Positions 53,401 through 64,000 of a stretch of 64,000 nucleotides of DNA are shown here, piece after piece. The stretch covers positions 1-64,000 of the forward strand of contig ADNK01001328.1 of assembly GCA_000320545.1 (NCBI GenBank), read 5' to 3'. This stretch comes from Bigelowiella natans CCMP2755. Its lineage: Eukaryota > Protista > Cercozoa. Both the position numbers and the translations under genes were made by a program. Each line of letters opens with the position of its first letter. The first letter of the stretch is position 1. A model generated the notes under the pieces. The model saw nothing but the letters and a program-made list of their open reading frames with translations, did not search any database and was not told where the DNA came from.

Positions 53401-54199
53401 CGTCGTTATCCACAGCTTCATCACTCTTCTTCTCTTCTTGCTTCTTGTTCTCTTCTTCTTTTTTCTTTTCCTCTCCCTCTCCATCTTCGCCAAAAGCATC
53501 GAAGTCATCATCGGCATCAGCTGCAGCTTCATCACTCTTCTTCTCTTCTACTTTCTTCTCCTCCTCCTCTTCATCTTCGCCAAAAGCATCGAAGTCATCA
53601 TCGTCGTTATCCGCAGCTTCATCACTCTTCTTCTCTTCTTGCTTCTTAGACTCTTCCTTACCGTTCTCCATTTCTCCTTCATCGCCATCCTCATCGTTAA
53701 AGGCGTTGGTTTTACTGCCGATCTCTTCATTGGCTTTATTTTCTCTATCCTCCTTTTTCTCACCAGCTTCCTGGTCCAACGAGTCATCTATGTCCAACAT
53801 TTCCTTCAATTTCCGTCCAGGAGAAGACTTTGATTTAGGATCTTTCATAAACGTGGACAATCAAAAATTGTCATTGATTTGATCGTGTGATCTACTTGGC
53901 ATGTGAATATTGCGAGGTCGTAGACATATTAACTTAAAATGGTTAAACATACTTTCTTCATGTTCTTTCTCATCATCATCATCATTCTTTTCACTCTCCA
54001 AGGCTCTTTCTCCTTTCAGTTCCGTTCGATCATTCTCGTTTCCCTCTTCTCCAGCTCCCTGAACTGGATCACTTTCTCCATGCACCTCGTCCTTCAGCTT
54101 ATCTTTACCTAGGAAGATCCAGATTCAGACTTAGATGTAAATAGCACCCTCCACCCCCCTCACCTCTATTGTTCAATCACCAACAAACACATACTCTCT

Positions 54200-54289
<90 letters not shown>

Positions 54290-54653
54290 TACGCACAACC
54301 ACTTATGAATGATGCGTATCTATCTTTGTTAAATACATATATTTCTCAGATCTCACTTTCATCATCACCACTGCCCGCTTCATTCGCCGTCTCTGAGGGT
54401 TCTACTTTCTTTTCCATCGCGGCATTATTATCTAGACGAATAAAGATTGCACGAAGTAAGATTTATTTCAGAATCAAAAGACTTGGAAGAAACAAACAAA
54501 CTGGAGTCACGGCGATCACGAGGTTTTCTTTTCGGCCAATTTAGTTGCATATTTCTCAATGTAAGGGAACAGATGATTCAAACCTCCTCCAGAAATGTCG
54601 TCATCCTCAAGACCAAGATCTAAATCGTCATCAAGATCGAAATCGTCGTCCAT
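50497..54653 (-). CDS. Large acidic low-complexity protein with DDDF[DG]x[FY] repeats and a basic coiled-coil C-terminus; function unknown
   Basis: Starts MDDDFDLDDDLDLGLEDDD (54653); ~2-kb open exon 51877-53860; spliced coiled-coil exons 51140-51440; probable stop at 50497. Confidence 0.75.
52960..53650 (-). repeat. Coding tandem repeat, 201-bp (67-aa) unit, ~3.4 near-identical copies; degenerate sub-units continue down to ~52440
   Basis: tcttcgccaaaagcatcgaagtcatcatcgtcgttatcc recurs at 52971, 53172, 53373 and 53574; shadow ORFs 53146-53334 and 53347-53535 are identical with offset 201. Confidence 0.95.
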
Positions 54654-55619
54654 AGTTTATTTCTTGTAGCCGCGCACGATGTATCCCTGTCCGTCGCCGC
54701 AACTGCTAACACCAATTGTGCAGTGAAATAGAAGAGTATTATGCGTGCAAACTTGACGACGCAGACCCCTCGTATCACCTAGAAGAGGCGAACGTTTCGC
54801 CCTTCAGAGGTGTGCACAGCCGTCCAGAGTAGTGAGATTGTACGCTGCTCGAGTTTGTTGAGGCGTTTTATGACGGGAATTTTCAACATGACGACTAGGC
54901 TATCTCAAAGTCGTAGGCTATAGATAGCCACCATTTCAACAAGGTTATTCGCAACATCGGTTACATTTCGAAATATCGTGGTGTGGAGACAGGTCCAGGC
55001 TAAAACTTGTGTGACAATAATTACAATAATATTTTGTTTGATCATTGCGGTAAAACAGTAGACGGAAAACATCCATACTATCAATCAGTCCAGACAAGAA
55101 ATCCTCTTCGTAGAGAAACATCGATATCTTTTGCTACATATTCTTCCACAACAACTTACAACAACCACAACAGCAACAACAACAACAACAACTTACAATA
55201 CGGAAGCAGCTCCCGGAGTACTGATCACAAAGAGACCTCCACCCACCTCAACCAGGCCGCAGGGATAGGAAGGGCTTGAAACTTGGGTAGCCTCAGGGCT
55301 CTCTCGAGGTAATTTGGTATTGCAAGAAAACGAGAGATGACGGGAAAAGTCCTTACGCTGTTTGTCCACAGATCGATGAATTATGTAGTTGCCTCTCCTC
55401 TGTACTCACCTGCAAGATCGGTGGCAAGTCTGCCCTCTTCTGGAAAAGCCTCTTATCTTGTCCTTGACGACACCGTTCCAAATCCCAATTTTTTAGGGGT
55501 CAGCAGATAGTTATTAATATCTTTGCTGCTGTACCAACATTTGACCGTATGCTAATGCAAATGTAAGATCGGAGAACGATGACCGACGACACTTGTATCA
55601 TCATCTTTTTAGCAGACAG

Positions 55620-56204
55620 GATCCAAATATGCGTGGGGAAGCCTGGCACTATGTGTTGCAACATGTAGCCTGACTTCTATTCTACTAGGGTAACTATATA
55701 TGCAAACAGGGTGGTGGTGGTGGTGGTGGTGGTGGTGTCCTTATCCTTGACAAGCACGCACGTATACTTCATCATTGTCACTGGCATTCCACATTCAGTA
55801 GTTTGAACTTGTTGACTGCGAGGAAGCTTTGGGCGTTTAGTCTTTACTGTACGAATGTGATAAAGAAGTTATATCATAGAATTCTCTGTCTACGTAAAGT
55901 AAGGAGTGGCCATACTTTTTCAGATATGATGTCGGAATTATGTCGGGAGCACTTCCTCTTATGAAAGTGAGAATACTTTCCACCTCGATATTCCTTGTGT
56001 TCATCATCATCATCATCATCATCATCACTATTATCATCATTATCTCGTATTTAGGAAGCTTTGGATATGGACAACTTCCAAGTCGGCATCATTGCAGGAA
56101 GTTTGAATTTTATCGCTGGACTAGGAGCCCTCCCTTTCGGGTATTACGTCTATCTGCTATGTCATTAACCAGGCACATGCTGATGAGTAATTAAATACAT
56201 ATGC

Positions 56205-56258
<54 letters not shown>

Positions 56259-58430
56259 CATCGCCTGGTCATGTGTATAACTAAAATCACCATTTTATTA
56301 CTTGTTGTACTACTGTGATAATAAAAGGCAACTCGCCGACGTATTGGGTCGGAAGATTGCAATGGTTAGTGATATAAAAAGAAATACTGTTGTCATGCAT
56401 AATTGATAAAGTGACTACTCACTGCTGAACAATGACGACACTGTTTCTTCCTCTCTTCTCCTCCCTCTCCTCCTCCTCCTCCTCCTCCTCCTCCTCCTCC
56501 TCCTAGATTGTGGCCTGTATAGCATTCGCAATCGGCACCGGACTAATGGCAGCTAGTACAGGTGGGTGATTAAACTAGTGTTGGGCACATCGCGGATTTT
56601 AAGCATGAAACTCTTCTATTTAATAACGCCATGATTGAATCGTATTCTCCTTACTTTCCCTGTTCTTACTTGTCCCGTAAATGTTGTTCACTCTTGCTCT
56701 CTCCCAGATTTTTCTATGCTTCTCGTTGCACGGGGGATCATGGGTTCCGGCGTTGGTAGTGAAGAGAAATAAGACAGAAAGAAAGAAAGAAAGAGAAATA
56801 GAAAATGAAAGCTTACATGTCCGTCGTTCCTTCATTCGTTATGGGGTGTTGCCTAGTGATAGATGATACTCACTGTCAGGTGCAACCTTTGTTATTGCTC
56901 CAGTGTATCTGGCCGAGTTAGTACCAGCAGAAGTATTCAATACACAATTAATCAAAGGAAGAACCAGAAAAAAAATTAAGAGGAAGAAGAAGGATGCAGA
57001 TAGCAAAATACCGTGCGCCTCCCCCCCCCCCCCCCTCTCTCTCTCTCTCTATTCTCTTCCCTGAACGGTGCGTGTGACGTGTAGGTACGGGGCGCTCTTG
57101 TTTGCTGCTTCGATATTTGCATAAACGTGGGGATCTTGCTAGGGTTGATATTATTTCTACACAGCACTGACACGATCAAATTAATAATCTTGCCATGTAT
57201 TATTATTCTTGCACTGGATGACCAGTGTGTGTATGTATGTACCAGTGTGTGTATCATCAGTGTCTTATTGTTTGCTGATATCCTGCTGCCTTACTGTTCC
57301 ACAAGATTTGTCGGTGGGTACGTTATTGACACATATCTCGAGGCAAGCGGTAACGTTAAATGGAGGTAAATAATCAAGCAAAACCACAACAAGTGTTCCC
57401 CTCCCCGATCCTGTTCTTCATCTCCTCTCCCTTTCATCAACAGTTACCATCGCGTGCATGCTATCTTCCAAGATTTCGCTGCTATCTCGCACTTTCTTAC
57501 CCACCACCCCTTTGTATCTTCTCCACACTCATTTGAACAACGACGCTGCTTCCTGGTGAGAAGAAGCACAACGCACAGCATGGGGGAATGACTCGTCATC
57601 ATCACAATACCACTATCACCATTATGATCATGGTGATCATTTCTTAGGCTGATGATAGGGGTGGGAACGATCCCTCCTATTGCCATCGCTTTGGCGTCAA
57701 TTTTCCTCCCCGAGTCTCCACGTTGGCTTGTGCAGATGGGGAGGAGAGCAGAAGCAGAGGTATTTGCTACGACCCATTCAAGTATTATCATTACTGTTAC
57801 TTACTATTTGCTGCTGCTAATACCCGATCCCCTCCTTCCTTTATACATGGCATGGCATCTGTTTATTCTCTGCTTCTGTATTGCTCCCCATTAGATGGGG
57901 GATAAAATGTTGTATGACTGAAAGCTGTTGCTTCTGCTACTACCACTACAACAACAACTTATTGTATGAACAGGCTGCTCTCTCCCGCGTGGTGGTTGAT
58001 CAGCGGTTGGTTCAAGAGGAAATCGACGTCATGACGACCATGATGCACTCTGAGATGGTATAATGATTACTATTACTATCATTATCATTATTAGTAGCAG
58101 CAGCAGCAGTCTCCCCCATGGATGGATCAGCATCCATCCACACATCTCACAAATATTCTTAAAAATTAACAACAGGCTGCAAGTTTTAAGCAGCTGCTGT
58201 CACCTTCTACAAAGTCGATGCGTCGTGCACTTCACGTAACACTCGGTATTAGAAGATCACCGAGGGAGAGGGGAGGAGAGGGGGGAGGAGGAACTAGTAC
58301 CACTAGATTTCTAATTTATCCTGGTTGTGTTTGCTCGTGTGTTTGTGGGTTATCGCTGATGGTTTCAAGGATGGTTTCCTAGTAGAAGTAGAAGTAGTAG
58401 TAGTAGTAGTATATATAGGAGGAGGAGGAT

Positions 58431-58462
<32 letters not shown>

Positions 58463-60848
58463 GGCTAATATATATTACTTCTACTATTAAGGTCTTTCCA
58501 TCCTGCAGCAAGCAACAGGATCGGGTACAAGTAGTAGTATCTTGTTTACTCATTTCTCTGCCAATCGGGCTGCTAGGTGTTGTTCCTTACTGATATCCAT
58601 CACTATATGAACTATAGAGGCAGCGATTCTCTTCACTCCTCTCATTCTCAGTAATGCTGGTGTCAAATCCACACGTGCTCAGGTACTACAGTAGTATCAG
58701 TAGAACGAACAAATGAAGGCTGCTGCTTTGTTGTTTTCCCCTTTGGGAATCGATTTATTATTCCAATAATGTCATCCTGCTGCTGCTGTCATGGTGGTTG
58801 CGTTTGATAGGTGTTGTGATGATTATCATCTCATTGTGTATCTGTCTTTCGCCATCAAAACAGTTGATGTGGGCTCTTCCTGTTGGAGTGGCAAAGCTAT
58901 TGGGAGAACTTATTTCAGTCCCTATTCTTGATAAAGTAATATAATAATGATGATGATGATGATGATGACGATGATGGTGGTGATGGTGGTGGAAGTGACA
59001 TCCCCATCCTATAGAACAAATAGAGGGGGATTATTATCAGCCAGCAGACCCTCGTAGATAGCAGTAAGAAGAGTATTCGAAGTACTATTAGTGAAAGAGA
59101 AATAATACTAATCATGATGATGATGATGATGATGATGATGACGATGATGGTAACAATAACCACCATTGCTGGAAAAAAGGCTGGACGGCGTCCGCTACTG
59201 TTAGCGGGAAATCTGCTGCAAAGCATTTTCTTGGGGGCTCTAGGTTTTGCCATACAACAACTACAACAACAACAACAACAACAGATGAGATAACCAAAAT
59301 ATCGACGAAAGAGCACGACTTTTCCCATCATCATCATCGTCATCGTTATCATCGTCACCACCATTATTATCATAACAATACCACGTGTTCCGGTGTCCTC
59401 CTCCTCCTCCTCGTCGTTGTTGTCTGTTTTGTTTACAATATTTCTTATAGCCGTCGGGTTTGCCTACAAGTGGAATTGGCACATCTTGATTGCGCTCATA
59501 AGTGCATTTATGCTGTCGTTTGAGATAGGTAGATGACAAACAAAGGATAGAGCAGCAGCAGCAGCAGCAATAATCTAAATAATATGGTGGTGGTGAGTTT
59601 TGCTTCCTCTCAAGAGGTCACAAACTGTAGTCAGTCGCCGCTCTTTGTCATCATAATTTTAATAGATCGATGGCATTATCTTCATCATCATCATCATCAT
59701 CATCATTTTCTTTCCTCCTGAATTGTGTGGCCCCAAAGTTTTTCTCTGCTGCTACTCCTCCAACTTGTTGTCGTGAGTTCTCCTTTCTCTGCTACTGCTT
59801 GTCTCATGATCATCATCATCATCATCATCGCCATCATCATCATGATGCAGGGGCACCGATTGCGTGGTTGATGCCGTCGGAGCTCTACAACTCGGGTGAT
59901 AATAAGCAGTGATATCATGATAGTGATGATGATGAGGAGGAGGAGGAGGAGGACGACGATCATGATGGATGTGCATGCCTCTTCTTCCTTCTTCTTATTC
60001 TCCTTCTCTTGTTCCGTTTTATTGATGATGCAGGTTACCGTGGTCGTGCGCAGTCTGTTTCTGTAATCATCAATAGATGCACAAGCGGCATGGGTAGTAG
60101 TAGTAGTAGAAGTAGTAGTAGCAGCAGCAGCAGCAGCAGCCAGTAATATGCCCAATACCTACTATCTTCATCAATGAACAAAACAACGCAGTGCGAGTCT
60201 TAAAAGCAGTAACGATAGTAAGGGAATATTACAGGGAAGAAGAGATAGAAGAATAAATGCAGCACATCATCATCATCTTCTTCTTCTTCATCATCATCTG
60301 TATATCATCACTACCGTGGATTGACTGCCTCCTCCTCCTTCTCCTCCTCCTCATCCTCCTCCTTACGGTGCTCTAATTGTAATGACAAAAACAAACTTAA
60401 CATATGGGCTGCTGCTGCTGCTGCTGCTGCTACTACTACTACTTATTCCATATGTCAGTGGTTTTGACGTTTCCGATGTTGTTGGACTATTGCGGCTCTC
60501 CAGGTTCGTTATCCATCATTCGCTCGTAGACGCGCACACACGCACACACAGCTCACTTTCTTTCTCTCTACCACCAGGGCTGTTTTGCTACTTCGCGTTG
60601 ATCGCATTTGGGTCTACAATTTGGACGTATTTTGCGGTGCCTGAGACAGCCGGTCTATCCCTTGAGGAAATAACAACATTGTTGCGAGAAGAAAGCTTTG
60701 GTCATCTCAGCGAGGCCTCCCATATCCTCCCGTAATGATAATTCAACTTAGAAATAGTTAAACACATGCACCGACACCGTATATTTGGAGTCTTACTCCT
60801 CTTCCTCCTCCTCCTCCTCCTCCTCTTTCCCTCATTGAGTCATCATCC

Positions 60849-60881
<33 letters not shown>

Positions 60882-61603
60882 TAATGTAAGTATATCTTTT
60901 ATCTCGAAAGTTGGACAACCAATAAGGCGAAGAGACTTGGAGCTCGAAACAAAGATCAATGACTGTGTTTTTTCTCCTCTGTCGTGATCATCTATACCTT
61001 CTTTCTGTCCCCCTCCCTCCTCCTCCTCCCTCATCAGCTCTTCTCGGCCTAGGGGGCGATCATCATCTTTCTCCTCATCTTCAGGGACTCCAGTTCATAC
61101 AACCTCAAAGAGAATGATGATGATGAATAATGTGAGGAAGAACAGGAATATGAACAACAAGAACAACAACAAGAAAGCAACAACAACAACAGCAGCGAGC
61201 AGCAGCAGCAAGAAGAAGAATAAGGGCAGAGTCGCCTTTACTCATCAATCATCTTTCAGAATTGCAGCCATTACCACTGCTTCTTCTTCTACTACTACTA
61301 CTACTACCACTACTACCACTTCTGCTACGCACGAAGAAAAGGGGAATACAACAAGACCCCATTTAAACGATGATGGTGATTCCAAAGGTTATGCTACTCA
61401 CACAGAAGGTAGCTTGATAGTCATCGATGATGCCATGTGCAATATACTTCGCAGTATAGGGTTTGGTTCCTTCTTTGTCCAGCCAATCGCTGCTATCATC
61501 ATTTTTCCCACGACGACGGTATGATTTACTTCTTACCGCATTTTCCTCAGGGGTGAAGGCACACGACAATGAGGTGGAAAATGATGATGATAGAAAATTG
61601 TAA
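55620..61603 (+). CDS. MFS sugar porter (polyol/monosaccharide transporter-like); 5' end lies upstream (~54900-55620), unresolved
   Basis: SLTSILLG|YDVGIMSGA, LADVLGRK, APVYLAELVPAE|VRGAL, LPESPRWLV, GRRPLLL, PIAWLMPSELY, VPETAGLSLEEI; long low-complexity tail to a probable stop at 61601-61603. Confidence 0.92.
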
Positions 61604-61778
61604 GACCGATGATTGGTACAAAGTGTTAAAAATAAATATATCATAAAGATTGTATTATAGTTTATACATATAGTTTTTCGTCTATAAGTACGTAGTGCTC
61701 ATACCTTTTTTAATATATTAGTAATCCATATAGGTGTATAGATGATATGCACCGGGGTAAATAACCTTAAAATATAGC

Positions 61779-61822
<44 letters not shown>

Positions 61823-62029
61823 TGTCAACATACCATTCCTGTAATTTAATTTGAATCAGCGACGAGTGTTACTGATAGCAATCATGCAGTTTATTTTATT
61901 TTATGGCTTAAAAGCCCATAGCGCAGTATGAAACGTAAGCGTAGACACTGTTATTGTGTGACTAATTGCAATAAAGACCCCATCCAGCGTGGTGTGCATT
62001 AAGGGATGTTGCATTACATCACAAATGCG

Positions 62030-62790
62030 AATAATAAACATGCGCGAACGTTGTAACGATCGTGTACGCTATGTTGATGCATTTTCGGGCATAACAAATA
62101 CAGCAATTGTCATTCATTTATTGGAATATTCGCTGATTTAGCGCTCACATCAAGATGTGCTCATTTGCAACTTGCAAGCATGTGCTGTGTGCACACTTCT
62201 AATAAGCGCTATGCAGGTGCGTGCTAGCGTGGTGTTTCATTTCGTGATAAGTAACAAGCTCGTAAGCAGCACTCATGCATCATCTACCGCTTTAAAGCGT
62301 AGGGCGCAATAAAAGTAAATGACTAATGGCTACCGCCTACGACAATAATAAGCTGCATGTCCATATAGCATGCATACAGGATAGCTAGATGACAGAACTA
62401 TATGACATGCGTACGTAATACTCGGATGAGCTTGCAGTGGCACTACATCTAGATGTCATGAGACCCGCAGCGATTGATCGAGACTCACACGGCTATGCTT
62501 AGTAAACCAATTTGTCACAATGTGCGTTGCTGCGGAGTGCGTTTTCAGCAGTCATCGTGTGCATCGCTCGATGACTTAATGCGTTCCAAATTCAGTGCAA
62601 GCCGAGTTGGTCATCACATAGCGCTCATCCAAGAATGCTTCAACTTGACGATAAGAATCATGAAATATGTGTAGAACATACAAGGCTTGTGGTCGCCGTA
62701 ATCGATTGCGCGCGCATGCTGCACATTTGTACGCCTATCAGTTGAATTGGCATGGACATCGTATTACTGTATATCACTGAACTTGTACTG
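62030..62790. other. Palindromic-word-rich tract at convergent junction 7 (sugar porter / GDPD)
   Basis: TTGCAA, GTGCAC, AGCGCT, GCTAGC, GCATGC, CGTACGTA, TGCGCGCGCATGC; non-coding. Confidence 0.65.
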
Positions 62791-62860
62791 TAGACGAAGA
62801 CGGAAATACATATAATAAGCATCTTTATATCCTGCTGACTAAAAATACGAGACTGCTGCT

Positions 62861-63003
62861 TTAATTTGGGTGCAAATGGCGCCTCTCCCCCTTACTCTGC
62901 AGCTCCCCACGAAGAATTGGTGAAATACACCACCACGACAAGGCAACCACAGCAACCACCAAACTGGCGCCGATGATTGTCCAAGTATGATCCTTTGATT
63001 CAC

Positions 63004-63036
<33 letters not shown>

Positions 63037-63490
63037 CAATACAACCATCATTAGGAGAGCAGCATCAGTATTATACATACATATGTAAAAACACACACAG
63101 ATTATCCCTCTCCCTTTCCCAAAGTTCATGAATACCTTATGGCTGTACTTTTCTGGATTAGCGATTACGTCAGCCGCTAGCTGAGGCTTGTTAGTGATTA
63201 TTCCATCGACGCCATTTTGTATCACCCTTTCCATATTTAATTCATTCATTATAGAGGGTACCAATTCCTTCAAAAAATGGGAAGTCATATGCGAGTTAAA
63301 TCACTCTAGACACCTATACACACAAATACACATTCGCGCAGATAGCCGCACATTCATAGCATTTTCCATCAATACATTTATCTTCGAACAAAGGGTAATA
63401 CCGAAGCATGCTACTTGGTGAGTTGACTGTGAAAACCATCACCTATTAGGTTAGCATGTAATAGTCCTCTGAAACAAATATAATTGATAT

Positions 63491-63559
<69 letters not shown>

Positions 63560-64000
63560 GCACACGCATGTTTGAGAAGAGGGTTGATGACCTTAAAGCC
63601 CTCTTGGTGCATGGCAGCGACAAACGCTGTTGTTGCTGTGAAATGATGAGTGTTTACCGATTCTGAACCTGAAGAAGAAGAATGGATAGGAACAACAACA
63701 ACAAACAATAGAAATAATCACCTCACTAATACAGAGAGAGATAAATTAGCTGTGTGATACAAGTTGTCGATCTCTCTCGTGCACACATGGGTTATAGGCA
63801 GGTTAGTAGCCATATTCACCGATTTCCTTGTTATTCGGGACAACCCCCCATCTCATCTGTATGATGCGCGCACACACAAATTAATGCTTGTGTCATCCTT
63901 CGAGAATAAAATCCGATGTGTGTGTAATAGCGCCAAGCATGATAATAATGTCATAAATAAACACTAGATACAAGATCAATGAAGCAATCCTATACCGACA
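62861..64000 (-). CDS. 3' part of a glycerophosphodiester phosphodiesterase (GDPD) with C-terminal TM anchor
   Basis: FVAAMHQEGFK|VMVFTVNSPSSMLR|...MERVIQNGVDGIITNKPQLA; last exon DHTWTIIGASLVVAVVALSWWCISPILR...HPN*. Confidence 0.88.

Larger units (their letters stand above)
505..63570. repeat. Very dense dispersed microsatellites ((CAT)n, (CTA)n, (CTT)n, (CAG)n, (CA)n, (GA)n, (TA)n), mostly intronic, some exonic
   Basis: Directly visible, e.g. 529-567, 722-781, 4953-4998, 17155-17205, 46944-46995, 54203-54287. Confidence 0.95.

Noticed and set aside
52960-53650. Regularly spaced repeats resembling a CRISPR array
   Set aside because: The intervening sequences are themselves repeated, the array is in-frame coding, there are no cas genes and the context is eukaryotic.
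52013-53882. Long + strand ORFs (606, 410 and 364 aa)
   Set aside because: Antisense shadows of the low-complexity GAA/GAT-rich repeat exon on the minus strand.
1-64000. Numerous 60-150 aa ORFs of poly-H/T, poly-C/V, poly-S, poly-L or poly-M; also searched for tRNA, rRNA, transposase and RT genes
   Set aside because: These ORFs are translations of intronic microsatellites; no structured RNA gene or mobile-element protein was recognisable by eye.

Overview
Intron-rich eukaryotic nuclear DNA from a protist. The short degenerate introns and microsatellite load are reminiscent of chlorarachniophytes, but the taxon cannot be fixed from sequence. The ORF track is mostly shadow or microsatellite ORFs, so I spliced exons by eye; exon boundaries and several start codons are approximate. 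About 15 protein genes lie in strictly alternating orientation: a partial membrane/secreted protein (-), a helicase-less Dicer (+), a RhoGAP-SH3-coiled-coil-STARS/Costars fusion (-), a beta-barrel/Zn-finger hypothetical (+), a C2H2 factor (-), a PhyH dioxygenase-HEAT fusion (+), THOC6 (-), SMN (+), an SDR (-), a Rab-like multidomain GTPase (+), a KDM4-like demethylase (-), a VTI1-like SNARE (+), an acidic repeat protein (-), a sugar porter (+) and a GDPD (-, partial). Main highlights: (1) the Dicer has an intact RNase IIIa but has lost three of four catalytic carboxylates in RNase IIIb, predicting a PAZ-guided dsRNA nickase; (2) the neighbouring gene contains a ~520-nt fold-back with perfect 23/47/45-bp stems; (3) all seven tail-to-tail junctions carry a non-coding tract packed with short palindromic words (CTAG, GCATGC, TGCA, AGCT); (4) several unusual domain swaps occur (SMN with SH3 instead of Tudor, KDM4 with SAM, arginine-finger-less RhoGAP fused to STARS/Costars).
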